Source: Amoebophrya sp. A120
Taxonomy: Eukaryota > Protista > Dinoflagellata
Reading direction: 5' to 3'
Assembly: GCA_905178155.1 (NCBI GenBank)
Contig: CAJINV010000001.1
Location: forward strand, 7,410,612 to 7,474,611
DNA length: 64,000 nt
Below the pieces are notes generated by a model that did not search any database, was not told the origin of the DNA, and saw only the letters and a program-made list of their open reading frames with translations. The position numbers and the translations under genes were made by a program. Shown in pieces: positions 41,401-52,986 of the stretch; the stretch's first letter is position 1; every line of letters begins with the position of its first letter.

Positions 41401-44400
41401 TCGAATGCACGTAGTGTCAGAGAGCAAAAAGCAACGCCTTCATTGTCCGTTGTTAGCTGCCCCTGATTCGCTTCAGCCAAATTAGCTCCATTTCGACGCG
41501 TGTTTTACAAAAATCAACGTAAGTACTTAATCACACACCGCAATTGAAAAGCCATCTTTCTTCCGTAGCTGCAGCTTGATAGGGTGCCGTACGGCGCGTG
41601 CTCTTTGAAGGAAAGCGCCGCACAATCGCTTCCGATACCTTCAGCTCCAAAAACCATGCGTGAATCATCCGCAAGTTGGGCAGCAGTATGTCCTTTTCTC
41701 GCTGCGAATAATTGGTTGTAAACCTCAGGTACAAAGCCTCCGCCACTCGATCCCAGTCGGCGGCAGTCAAAGCATAGTACGGATACACGCTTATGCAAAG
41801 GAAATGAGTGCTCTTTCACAATCGCACTCGCAGCGCCAAAGGTCGGATTATGACGCTTTTGCATCTCGCGAGTGCTTGTACTTTGTGTTGCTACCTTTAC
41901 CTGTCCAATTTTCCACCTAGAACTTCTGCGCGCATGCTGCAGCAGGAGTTTCTGAAACCTGCTACAGGTAGTGACACATATCTGCAAATAATAAATGAAA
42001 TGATCCTTGCATCCCGACAACCTCAGCTAACGCCGTTTGTACGTCGGCGACTTTTATACACTGAGTCTACACGAGCATGCTTGTCTGCAAGTACTTAGTC
42101 AGTAGAGGACTCGTTTTTATTTCGCGTAACGTATCGGCGATTCGCTTTACTTCGTTGTTGTTTCGCCTGTTCCGCCGTGATTCCTGCCGGCAGCTCTTCG
42201 ATTACAAGTTCTGGCTTTGTTTCCGCCGCACGGGCTCGCAATTCCGCTGGTTCGCACCCCGTGGGCGCAAAACCCTCCCCCCGGACCTCGGCTTCGCCAG
42301 CCCGGTGGTGTCCAGGGAGGTCTTCCGCGTCATGCTCCTCAAGAACGCGGGTCTGCCGCGCAACATTTTGCCTACGAAGGGCCCGGGTCTGCGCGACCGA
42401 AGCCTCCAGATGCCAAGGGCAGAAGTCCTCCTGAGCACCGCCCACCGATGTCAGCAGATGCGGTGACTGCTCGAGAATATGCTGCAACTTGACAGTGACG
42501 CGCGAAAGGCGGTACATGGTCTGGTAAATCATTTCCTCGAACCTTTTGGCGACAGCCTCCGCTCGCGCAAACGCCACCGGCTCGCTCGCCCCCTCGAAAT
42601 AATCTTTAATAAAACGTTTTGCCGAGTCCTTCACGCCCACCAACACGCCGTTGCTCTCGTCGTTCTCCGCGCTCCTGTCTGCACGCCGGTCTCGAAGTGC
42701 ACGAAGCAGGTCTTGGTGCGACATTTGTGCATCCGTCTGGTCCAACTGCACCTTCAGAAGGACAAAGATGGACCATGCAACATGCTCTTGCATAGACTGA
42801 CCATACCCCTCAGGCAGCTTGCCCATGCCGAGCAGCTTACCCATGCCGAGAGGCAGCATTAGCTCAGTCGCGCGTGTGCCATCGAAGTTGACAATGCGGC
42901 TCACCATACTAAGCGGCCCACTCAGCAAATCCTGCAAAACCACCGCGCCGAGCATGTCCAAGAGGTCCGCCGCTTGCCCCGCGCCCTCTTGCATCGCGCC
43001 CTTGAATGGCTGCCTCCACCGCACGCGGAGGGCAGTTGTGTGCGCTGCAAGCACGATCTGGAGAAGCTCGCGCTGGTGCGCCAAGGCGAGTTCCAAGGGA
43101 ACTGCGTCCTCCTCGCTGGCAAGTACCGCACGCACGCGCTGATAGAATTCATTTTCGTACTGTGAATCGCCGGGTGACACGGCAGGAGACACCAAGCGAG
43201 CCTCCAGACAGGGCGACAACATTTCTAGATCGTAGTGCTTGAAGAGGCTGCGCAGCCCGGGAATGGCGTTTGCAACGCTGACATCACGGACCGCGACCCT
43301 ATTCGTCGCTTCCCCGAATTCGCCGGCGTCCACATCCATGCGGTCTGCTGCCGCGGAGGGATCCACCCCTACCGCTGGTGGGCCTGGAGTTCCATCCTCC
43401 TGAGGTGCCACCTGCGCTTCGCCGGGCGCTGCGGTTCGGGCGGGCTGCAAATCCGGCGTCTCGCCAATCGCTTCCGCCGGAGTGAGCGCAAGGGAAAGGC
43501 CGTAGGAGGGACCCAGCTGCCGCTTTTTGATCTGCAATATCTGGTGCACGACCGTCTCTGCGAACCTGCGGAACTTCATCTTCAACTGGGTGGCGGCCAC
43601 GCGCGCCCGCTCGCGCTCCGCGAGGGCCATACCGACGATTGTGTAGGTTTTGCCCGTGCCCGGCGGACCACGCACGAGCGTTAGTGGCTGTATCAAAGAT
43701 TTCTCCACGATTGTGCGTTGGCTCTCGTCCATGTTCGCAAAGTATGCGCTCTCGGCAAGAGTGGGGCTCAGCTCGTACTTCGCGCGGTTATGGGTCCGAG
43801 CGTCGTGCAGCATCTCCTGCATCTGTTGGTCTGCCATATAGTGCTCCTGCTCGACCAGCAGGCGGCGCAAGCCTCCGTACAGGGTACCCCCCGTGCTGCG
43901 GAGCGACAATCGAGAGAAGATGCTGGCGGGTCGTCCGTCGGAGAGCGAAAAGAACATACGTGGCGGCGGCGTCGTGAAAAGGTCGAAAGAACGACCTGCT
44001 CCCGTTGTTGCGAGCGTCCTCGAAGCCCGGACTGTGTCCTCTACGTGAAAGGGCAGCACCACGTCCCAGAATTCGAGACTATCCGGCTCGCCCAGGAAGT
44101 ACTTTCTTACGAAGGACCAGACCGAGACGCTGATCTTCTTTTCCGATTTGAAGAACGTCTCGGCGGTGGGATGCTGTGCAAGCCCAGTCGCCCCTTTGCC
44201 CCGCAGATCCGTCCAGTTCAGGAACTCATCCCGAAATGTGAGTGCCCCCTTCCAGAAGCTGGAGTTGGACGCCACGCGGAGACGCTGCGTCTTGGCACGC
44301 AGCTCTTGCGCTTGCTCGGCCATCGACGTCGCGTCGAAGAAGGTATCGCTCACGAACCGGTGGCCCGCCGCAAACGCGGCTCGCTGTGCGTCCGCGCTCC

Positions 44401-47400
44401 CCCCCTCGTCAGGGGCCGCTAGGTGCTGCGAAGTAGCTCCCCCCTGCGCGATAGACACGTCGTCTGCCAATTTCTGCTCGGCTACCTGGACGACTGCCGC
44501 AAGTGCCTCTGCCGCATACTCGTCGAAGTGCGCGGGTGTGAAGGTGTGCTCGAGTTGTTCGCGGGTCTGCGCCATCGCATCTTGCAGGGCGAACAGGTCG
44601 GCCCAGTAGTCCACCCCGTTCTGGCGCCTCTCATCTCCAGCGTGCGGATCCAGCAGGGGCTTGACGTCCCTAGAAAGCAGTTCCCCGTTGTCCCAGTGCT
44701 GAAAAATCCAGTCGGTGTTGCTGCGCAAACGGTTTGTAAATTCGGTGTTGATCCAGCAATTTCTCCTTGCACAGAAACCATCTATGGTGGCGAGGAGGTG
44801 TTCCACCTCCTGCTCGCGCAGCACCTGCCGTTCCTGGTTCTGGTACTCCGCGTAGGTTATCAAGTGTAAAAATGTCTGGGTCTGGAAGAGTGCGCGATTT
44901 GTCATGCTAAACAGAAGTGCGGCACACTTTGCCTCCCCCTTTGTAAACGGCCGATTTGTCATGCTGCTTTTCCATGACCCATGAGGTCTGGAATGCCGGA
45001 GCTAGCATGACAGATTCTGCGAGACCTTTCTAATGCCTATCCTGCATGAGAAACTCTCTCCCGGCTTGGTCAAAACTGGACGACTTTTGGCAATCATGCA
45101 ACACAGAGTTTTGCATGCTGCAGATTCAGGATGACAAGTTGCAATCTTCCAGACCCAGACATTTTTACATTTGATATAGGTCATGCGCAGCCGATTCCAG
45201 AACTCTTCGCTGGGCACCTTCTCCATGCGCAGGTAGGCCAAAAGGAGGCGGCGGTTCGCGTCCGTGCCGAACCGCAGCTTCGAGTAGAACAGCTCGCGCT
45301 GCTCCTCCTTCTCCTGGCGGTAGGTCGAGGTGCCGTCGCTAGGGTTTCCCGCCATCTCATCCAGCATGTCCTTCTCTCGATCGGCGGAGTCCAAATCCAC
45401 GTCCTCGTCGAGCCGCCACAGCACGCCCGGCTGCGTCTCGTGCAGAGGAACATCCCCAGCTTGTCTTTCATCAGTGTCGGGGTTCAACTTCGCCTCCGTG
45501 TGCACAAGCATGTAGTCCTCGTTCACGGCGTGCACCGTCGCTTCAAACATGCGACCCCTGGCGAAACTTTTGGACGCGTGACACCGCTCCCAGCGACCGC
45601 TTTCTTCCCCCCACGTAAGGATCGGACCAAGGTTGGGCACGGTCGCGCAGAAGTCCTGGGGCCACCGTCCGTCCGTATTTCGCTTCTTGGGGGGGCGCGC
45701 CCAGGTGTTCAGCTCCGATAAGATGAGTTTTGCCCCGGGCGCCCAATTCACTCGGCCAAGCTTCGCCGTTATCCGCTGTTTTGCCTTTATCAACCCCAAA
45801 CCTGCGTGGGCGTTTTCCGACATCCGATCCGTGTTGAGCGCGTCTTCGATGGTCGTCCTCGGGAAAAGCTGCGCCCAGCTCGCCCGTTGCACTTTTAGCA
45901 TGGTCCGTGACAGGTACTGCCCGTGCCCGCCAAACCCAGGCGCGAGCGTGACGAACGCCGCTCGCACAAGATTGCCCTCTCTTTCTTGGGCCGCCTCCTC
46001 TTTCTTGTCTACGTCGCAGAACGCAGCCGCCAATGCTTTATCAAATGCAAAAATGTCTGGGTCTGGAAAAATGCCAGACTTGTCATGCAGATTTTACATG
46101 ACCCATAGTGCCTGTAATGGATAACCTGGCATCACAGATTCTTAGCGGGCTTTCTGATGCCTATCCCGCATGAGAAATGCCCTCCCCATGTAGCACAAAC
46201 TGGGCCCCTCTTCCTGATCATGCAATACAGATTTTTTTAGAATGCAGAGACAGCATCACAAGTTGCAATCTTCCAGACCCAGACATTTTTACATTTGATA
46301 TGCTTGGACCTTGTCCGATTCGATCATCTTCGTCTTTCGGTTGATCTTATGCACTGCAAAAGTATCGCGCTCGTATAAATGCATGACAAATTTCCTCAGC
46401 ATGAGAAATAAAATTTGCAATGCGGATTGACCTTAAGAAAAGGATTTGTAATGCATGATTTCCATACGAGTACGATACTTACTTTTGCACAGGATAGATC
46501 TTCGACCAGGCCTCGTGCCACAGGCTGAAGATGTCTCCCCCGGGATCCTCCTGAAAAGCGCTCCTTGCCCCATTCTTACCCATGCCCGCCGAGTAAAATT
46601 TTCAACGTGGAGGAGCGCAAATTTGTTGGTGTGCAAAAAGCCACCGCAGTCGGGGCTGCGCCTCGCGTCTGCAGGAGCAGATGAAGGAAAAATGATCTTC
46701 GTCCTTTTTATGCAAAAAGTCGTTCTCATTTTTTGGCAACGTTGCAACCTCACATGCCTATCGTACTTCGGGGGCAGGGACACTTTTCCCTCTGATATCC
46801 GGAGCCCTGTCCGCGCCCGGCTGCGATCGTGACCTCCCCCCCGCCGGCGCTAGCTGGAGTTGCGAGTGTTGGCCGGCCAGTATTCATTACGGACGAAGGG
46901 GCCCCGCCCCCCTTGGAAGACATGCCAGCAACCGAAGAGTCGGAGCGAAGCGGTCCGCTACCACGTCGAACCAAGCCGACGACCTTCGGACACAGTATCC
47001 ACGTGTAAGACAATCAAGAGGAGCACACTTGTATATAAATCTAGACGGACACTTTCTGCGACAAACAGACTCAGAGTCATAGAACTACATGAAAAAATTC
47101 TACAAGATTTTTACACAAAGCACAGACATTCCGCGCAAGCGCGCTTGGTGCCTCATCAAGCCCAACTTGATTGCAATGTGGATTGAAAACAGCTGTTCTT
47201 TCCGTGGATACCGAGTGGCTCCAGAAACATCTTTCCCCCCGGTGCGGTAGAAGTGGCACCTGAAATGCCCGAGTGGGAACTCGTGGCGTCACTTTGGAGC
47301 TGTTTGAGCCTCCGGTAATTGAATCGCCGATCGTGGTTCCTTTTATCATGTGCGCGTAGAGACTCGGCTAAGCCCAGGTTCCCGAAGCGACTGCTAGTTC

Positions 47401-50400
47401 TGCTCTTCCCGGACTTCACCGAGTGAACCGAGCTCCGCACCTCGTCTCCGCCGGTGTCGCCTTCGAACATCTCGTCGCGCAGGCTCCGCTCGAACAAGTT
47501 TACTGCGTCGCGCTCAGCTGGTTCTTCCGGTGCGACATTCAACGCGGTGGACGTCGGCGCGGCCGAGGGTTGCGCGACCACCTCCGTGCTGGGCAACGCG
47601 AACGTGAGCCCAGCCGCGTCGCCCGCGCCAATCTGCTGCGACATGAATTGAAAACGTTCCCAATCCGGGAACGGATTGGGACCCCTATCGGACAGCTCCC
47701 AATCCGCGTGGCGCACCACGACCTGTGCGCCTTTTCGCGGTACGAGGATGTACCTACCGGGCTTTGCAAAATACAAATCTCCGGCTCGGTCCTCCTCCTC
47801 CTCATCCTCCTCCACCACCGGCTCGAGCGTGCTAGTGCCGACGTCCATGCGCCGCGATGTTCGCTCGCGACCTCCTCCCATCTTCGGAAGCAGCAACTCC
47901 GGCAACGGGGCGGGCGCATCTGGGCCTGAAGTGCGCGCCGGGGGCTGCGAATTAAGAACTGTTTCGGCCTCCCGGTCGATCAGCAGGAAGCGGTCGTCGA
48001 TCCGCCGCAGCCACGCTTTTTTGCCGCTGGACCGGCGCGGAACGGCCGTACCCCCATAGGTGCCAACCAAAAGCATCAGATCCTTTTGTACGCTGCTTCG
48101 CATTACGGCCACTTCTGCTTCTTGGTGGCGCCCCTGGAGAAGATAGGTGGTCAGACAAAGAACGTCGTACAGGGTATCTCGGAGCGTCTCCGGAAGCTGG
48201 ACCTCGTCCACCGCCGCCAGAAACGGGAGCACCATGTCATTTATCGATCGTATCAGGTGTTCAGTCGGCGCGCCCCCGCGCAGGGCTGTTGTAATGTCTT
48301 CCCCCAAAAATGCAGGAAGCACGTCCACCAGCGCCACAGTGTCCGCGAGCCCCAGCTGCCTCTCCTCGTGGGGCCGCCACTCCTGCTCGGCTGCACCCGG
48401 CTCGCCTCGGTTCGCGTCGTCCCGGAGGAGCTCCTTCCGCAGGGCGCCGAGAAGGTTCGGGGGTTGGGCTGCGTCCGGCGCAGCCTCACGTCTTCGCGCG
48501 GCCTGGGCATTGGCGGTAGCTGCGACAACCACTGCATCCAGCGGGTCAAGCCGCTGAATGTCCTGCGGAGGAAAATTGGACCTGCGCGCATAGCGTATGC
48601 GCGGTGGAACTTGCAAATTTGCAGTCGATTCCACAAAAAACAGGATGACTTCGCGCGTACTGTTCCCGTCCGCGGGCTGCAGGTCGACCAACGGAATCTC
48701 TAGTGTTTGCGTGCCATGATCCCCGCAGTGCAGCGGCCCCTGCTGCTCGTGCGCTGGGATGGAAACATCCGTTTTGCTGTGCGGAATGAGGACTCGCACC
48801 AGGGTCCACTTTTCATCTGTTTCAAGTCCATCCTCGGGGCGAGGCATGCCGGAAATCGGATCCCAGACGTCCATGCGGTCCACCGGCAATGTCGCGCGGC
48901 CGTCGGAGGCGCGCAAAAACTTTTCCAACTGGGACCAGTCGTAAACGAACCTGTGCCGCGAGCTCCGCACCACGGTCGCCCCGTCGGGGGTGTCACGGGG
49001 GTGTATTGTAGCTTGGGCGTCTCTCGGAAATTCATCACCCTGAGGGGACTCGGGCAGGTCCAGCAGTTGCTTCAGCCAATCGGCAAACTTCTCACTCTCC
49101 ATGCTCCCGTCGTGCTGTCCACGCGCCGGAACTGTGGCCGTGCCGCCGTGTTCTTCCATAAACGACGCTGCGCTGTACACCTCCGGCAGTATGCGCGTGT
49201 CCAGCGGCCCCACGTGGCCGTGCACCTCTTCGCTAGGGTCATCAGTGCTGTCGACCTTAAACGCAAAAGTGAGCGCGTTCAAATCGGAGGGCGCTTCATT
49301 ATACCCCGCAGCTTCCTCCTCTAGTAGGATTGCGATTCTCTTGTAAGCAGGAAAGCCGTCACTCCGAACGTCCAAAACAAAATCATTCCAGTCACTCCGA
49401 ACGTCCAAAACAAAATCATTCCAGTCGCTTCGAGCCACGCGTTGTGGAAATCCATCCACCCCCAGCGAGGCAAAATCGGTAGGCGCGACGCCGAGGAACG
49501 TATTCCACACCTGATCATCCAGAACCCCCTGGCAAGTCCAGCCATAGGGCGCCCAAAACAACCTATGCGGGTGTTGGTGAACCCTCGTGCGTCCGGTCAT
49601 CCACTTTATTTGCCGTGCGACGAAGTCTTCCAAATCATCTTTCCTACGGCCGTCTTCTTCGTCATCGTCTTCATCTGCATCTGTGTAATCTTCGAATTCC
49701 CGGTTGAGCGCACGCAGAACCGCAAGCCGGAGCGGCGCAAGCCGCTCCAACTGAACTTCTTTCTCGTCGAGGTTCAATACTTCTTCGTGTTCCAACCCTC
49801 CATCTTTTTTTTCGTTACCGAGGAGCTTTCGTAGGCCCCTGCGAGCGGGGGATTCCAGGACCAGCTGGTCTCTCCAAAAGGCTTCGATACCGGACGCACC
49901 CTCCGCCGCCCGTGGCCCCGGCGGAAATTGGTCGCCTTGTTGCAGCTGAATGAGTCTCGTAGCGAAACGTGCTTGCATCGCATACCAACGTGTCTGTGTC
50001 TCTGAGGATTGCTACAGAAAAAATCTTTCATCGCGTCCTGCGGGTGGTCAGAGAAGGTGGCGAGTTAGTCCTAGGGGCATTCTTTCAAGTAGAACACCTC
50101 AGCCTAATGTCGATGAACCTTCGCGGCCCCGATGTTGCTTTAGTATGAATGTCGCGCCCGGAGGGCGATATTGGTAACCAAATGCGTGCGCGAAAATCTA
50201 ACCAGCGCGAAAGCCTAACCAGCCGCGCGGCGAAAGCGCGGTTGCCACCACCATTTCTTTTTAATTAGAGTCCCACTTTTTTTAATTAGAATCCCACTGC
50301 TATCCCGGGTCATCGGAGGCTTCCGGATTCGCATTCAAAGCTTATCGCAGGAGCCTGCGGGCCGCCGCGGGCTCCACCACTTCCCCGCGGCCCTAAAGGG

Positions 50401-52849
50401 CCGCGGACAACTACTGTCGCCCGCGGCGGCCCGCAGGCTCCTGCGATAAGCATTGAATGCGAAATCCGGTCTGCTAGCTCGCAGCGGGGCATCCTTTCTA
50501 GCCCCCTGCATGACAAACTGGCCCCCGGGCCCGGGAGGTATGTGGAAGGCCGAAAACCCGCAAACCCTTCCGGGCCACCAAAATCGGCCATTTCAGACCC
50601 GGGGAAGATGCCGAATTTCTGCTCAAAACCCAGGGCAAATGGGGATTTTGTGACATACCCCCGCCCGCTTCTAGTGCGGTTTTTTTTTCCCAATCGCGAT
50701 GGTACGGCGCAAGCGCGCGCCCGCCGGACCGCCCTTGGTGGCCAGTTTCTAAGCCTGCCGAGGGTTCTCGATTTCTTTTAATTTTCGCGTTTCTTTCTGG
50801 TTTCTAAGTGGCCCCAGCGACCTGCACATTTTTACCGCCCGCATCTGACGGGCAGTTTTGAAGCCTGCGGAGGGATTGCGCTTTTGCGCAATTTTTCATC
50901 TTTTTTCATTTTTCAAGTGGCCCGGGCGATCTGCACATTTTCACCGCCCCCACCTGGGTGGCAGTTTTGAAGCCTGCGGGGGGATTGCGCTTTTGCGCAA
51001 TTTTTCATCTTTTTTCATTTTTCAAGTGGCCCGGGCGATCTGCACAAAATCCGACGATTGCTTCCGCCCACGTTATGAAGCAATTTTTTGCCATTTTTTT
51101 CCAATTTTTTCCAGTTACGAAGCGGCCCAAGGCTTCCGGACAGGTCGCGGGCCTGCTTCTCCAACGCAGCTGGCCACCGGGCGGAGCAAAAAATAGTCCG
51201 TCTCTTTTTCAGATATCAAGTGGGCCAAACCGCAAAAGTGCGCTTTTTTCACCTTCTCCCGCTTGGTTTCTGCCGTTTTTGCGACATTTTTGACCTCCTG
51301 GCCATTTTCCCATCTGGTCCGCTTTTTTTCCCTTCTCCCGCTTCATTTCTGGCCATTTCCCTGACCTTCACGCCTCCCGGCGGTTGCCCTATATGGTAAC
51401 GGCAACTGCCTTCGCGCTGCGTTTGCTAAGCAATATCGCAAGCGCGCAGAGCGCGCGCGCCGGCTTCGTGGGCCGGCGCGCGCTCTGCGCGCGCGCGCGC
51501 ACGCATTTGGTTACCAGATGAGCAAAATGCAAAACAATGTTAGAATGAATTGATTTCTTCCTCTGGAGGTAGACATGCATATGCAATGCTTGCAGGTTTC
51601 CAGCGGGTAACGCCGAGCCAAGTGTTCTCCTGGCGGGCCAGGCGTCCTATCCATGCACGATCCCGTTCGTATGCAGATGAAAAGTGTCTCCTTGACAATA
51701 AAGAAAGGCAGCAGAAAAAAACACACCGGGCAGGACTGCTCGTTTCAAAAGTCGTTCGAAAACATCATCATGTCCGATTTTCGTGTGCGCAGACCTTGCA
51801 AACATTATGCATGCAGAACCTTTGCGGTGCGGTAACCGAAACAACAGGGCTGGCTGGTACTTCTACTAGCCTGCCTACTCATACTCTGAGATGCCAAGCA
51901 AGTGCGAGAGTACGAGTGAGTAGACAGATGCTAGGTAGCCGCTTTGCCGAAAATTATCCGGTCTTTCCGGTCGCGAGCCTGTTGCTCAAAGGAGAGTTTC
52001 CATCTGCATACCTCGGCGTCCAGATACACATAGGCGTCTTCCAAACTCTTCGTGAATGCGCCGGCCGAGCCCGGGACCACTTCCGCGGTACCTCCTTCGT
52101 CCATTTGACCCCCGATGTACTATCGCCCTCGAAATACAACACGCCTCACTGCTCTAGTTCAATAGACTAAAATCGTACCAAATGCGACGCAAACAAGCAG
52201 TATTGGCCCGGGCATGCCGCCCACAACCTTTCGTAGACGTCTTTTGCGCCGTGTCCTCGCATCAAGCAATCATAATTCCTGTCGAGTGCACGGAAAGTCG
52301 AAGTGTGACTTTGTCTTGCCGCTTTTGAAAACAACATCAGCTGATTGGTTGCACGACAGAATTTTTTTCCGTAGTAGATCATGCAAGACAGTCCGTCCCG
52401 GTAAAAAAATGCAATGAGGCGATGGGTTCTTTCGATCACGATATCATCGACCTGCTAAACTCCTGTAAAAGCTCTGCCGCTGCGGGGCCTGTCTCCCCCG
52501 GTGGCGGGGCGCCCGGGCTTTCGCCTCGTTCTCCTTGGTGAGGTTGTGCCGACGCCGGGGAGTCCCGCCCCGCCGCCTCCTCCTCCTCAAGAAAGTCAGC
52601 TAAATTCCCTACGTCTGCATCGTCACTAACACTGTCGTTCATGTCCACGTCACTGGCATTGCTATCTATATCCGCATCCGGCAGTGCAGCGCCGGCAGTT
52701 CCATCGACCGGTGCCGCGGCATTTCCACCGTCGGCCGGTTCCGGCGGAAAAGTCGGCGGCGCAGGCGCAGCTGCGTCCGCATAATAGAGTAGTCGCGACC
52801 AGGGCAGCAGGGCCCGCAAAGCGACTAGAGATCGAACGTGATGGCGCAT
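20468..52849 (-). CDS. Giant multi-exon Upf1/IGHMBP2-like superfamily 1B helicase, roughly 7,000 aa if it is a single gene
   Basis: Motifs in order: Q/Walker A MDESQ...LTLVRGPPGTGKT (~43660), Ia VVSETNDAVN (~41100), ADVYLSTCAGA, Walker B VILEESS (~40420), III LILVGDEFQLQPFV (~39840), SLFEQL, IV LRVQRRMNEWIAHF...YYRGEL (~38930), HSNPASAQMVVQIV (~37560), PEDIAVLPMYKDQ (~37240), V EVSSVDAFQGREK (~23420), VI RLNVAITRAK (~23305). Many exon joins were verified by introner removal. Joins near 29350-33440, 41280-42130 and 46590-47350 are unresolved. Confidence 0.72.
22040..22365. mobile_element. Degenerate introner, last intron of the helicase gene
   Basis: TA termini and DR AGAGT/CGAGT. Removal joins DHARV|GDEVHAGKP to ORF 20468-22024. 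Confidence 0.78.
26589..28506. mobile_element. Unclassified 1.9-kb insertion flanked by a 15-bp duplication CATGCTAGATCTGAA
   Basis: Direct repeat at 26574-26588 and 28507-28521. It interrupts the family-A consensus, and no protein is recognisable inside. Confidence 0.7.
28522..28581 (-). mobile_element. 60-bp insertion with a (TTCAA)4 tail, possibly a 5'-truncated non-LTR retroelement
   Basis: Flanked by a TCTGAA duplication (28516-28521 and 28582-28587), with a tandem pentamer at one end. Confidence 0.5.
30081..30352. mobile_element. Introner family A, DR AGAAA
   Basis: Family-A TIRs. Removal gives YAVS|DYIGMH. Confidence 0.92.
31460..31737. mobile_element. Degenerate introner (ends approximate)
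   Basis: Imperfect IR (ATGAAAATGCCCCAAGCCCAGAACTT vs ATGAAAAATGCTCCCACCCCGGAACTT). A plausible join is HDAI|DATRG. Confidence 0.6.
31987..32158. mobile_element. Introner family C, DR TCCAG/TCAAG
   Basis: About 32-bp IR containing AAAAAGCAGGCAGGGC(A/C)TACTT. Removal gives RGGLD|VEYIP. Confidence 0.85.
39505..39786. mobile_element. Introner, diverged family A, DR ATCAC
   Basis: TIR TATCAAATGCAAATATGTCT. Removal gives SHVM|YQKQK. Confidence 0.88.
39869..40149. mobile_element. Introner, diverged family A, decayed DR
   Basis: Degenerate TIR. Removal joins LADWR(I/L) to KGRLILVGDEFQL (helicase motif III). Confidence 0.8.
44858..45176. mobile_element. Introner family A, DR TAGGT
   Basis: Family-A TIRs. 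Removal gives RLRMTY|AEYQN. The interior resembles 28582-28791 in inverted orientation. Confidence 0.92.
46039..46300. mobile_element. Introner family A, DR TGCTT
   Basis: Family-A TIRs. Removal gives DKVQA|LAAAF. Confidence 0.92.
46348..46496. mobile_element. Short introner (149 bp), DR GATCT
   Basis: IR TATGCACTGCAAAAGTA / TATCCTGTGCAAAAGTA. Removal gives AWSKI|NRKTK. Confidence 0.85.
49358..49425 (-). repeat. In-frame 33-bp tandem duplication (RSDWNDFVLDV x2)
   Basis: Direct repeat GTCACTCCGAACGTCCAAAACAAAATCATTCCA. Confidence 0.9.
50144..51519 (-). mobile_element. Non-autonomous Helentron/Helitron2-like element, copy 2 (complete, 1,376 bp)
   Basis: Perfect 21-bp subterminal IRs at 50172-50192 and 51496-51516, a terminal mini-hairpin at 50155-50167, a long internal hairpin at 50323-50469, and ~109-bp internal tandem repeats at 50806-51045. 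No convincing ORF. Confidence 0.72.
51670..52010. mobile_element. Introner family D, DR CGAGG/CGAAC
   Basis: IR TATGCAGATG(A/G)AAA...TCTCCTT. Removal gives YLDAE(R/G)|DRAWIGR. Confidence 0.8.
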
Positions 52850-52986
52850 TTCGAAAAAGAGAAACACGAAGTAGTGCTTCTAGGAAAAATAAGGTGCGAC
52901 CCAAATAAATTATGCACTGTACACAAATATGACGAGATGAAGTCGCATCCAGTGATTGATAATACAGAAAAAGTATAACGTGACTC

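Noticed and set aside
38890-43760. Assigning the helicase as UPF1 or Aquarius
   Set aside because: No Upf1 CH zinc domain was seen. The EE Walker B is Aquarius/ZNFX1-like but motif IV is Upf1/IGHMBP2-like, so orthology needs a phylogeny.
65-49834. Many long + strand ORFs (e.g. 293-940, 3285-4151, 10900-12333, 22974-23957, 34646-35470)
   Set aside because: They are antisense shadows of GC-rich minus-strand exons and carry no domain signal.
7458-51519. A 44-kb composite transposon bounded by the two co-oriented 1.38-kb elements
   Set aside because: Each copy has its own reconstructable empty site (one inside an exon, one inside an intron), so they are independent insertions.
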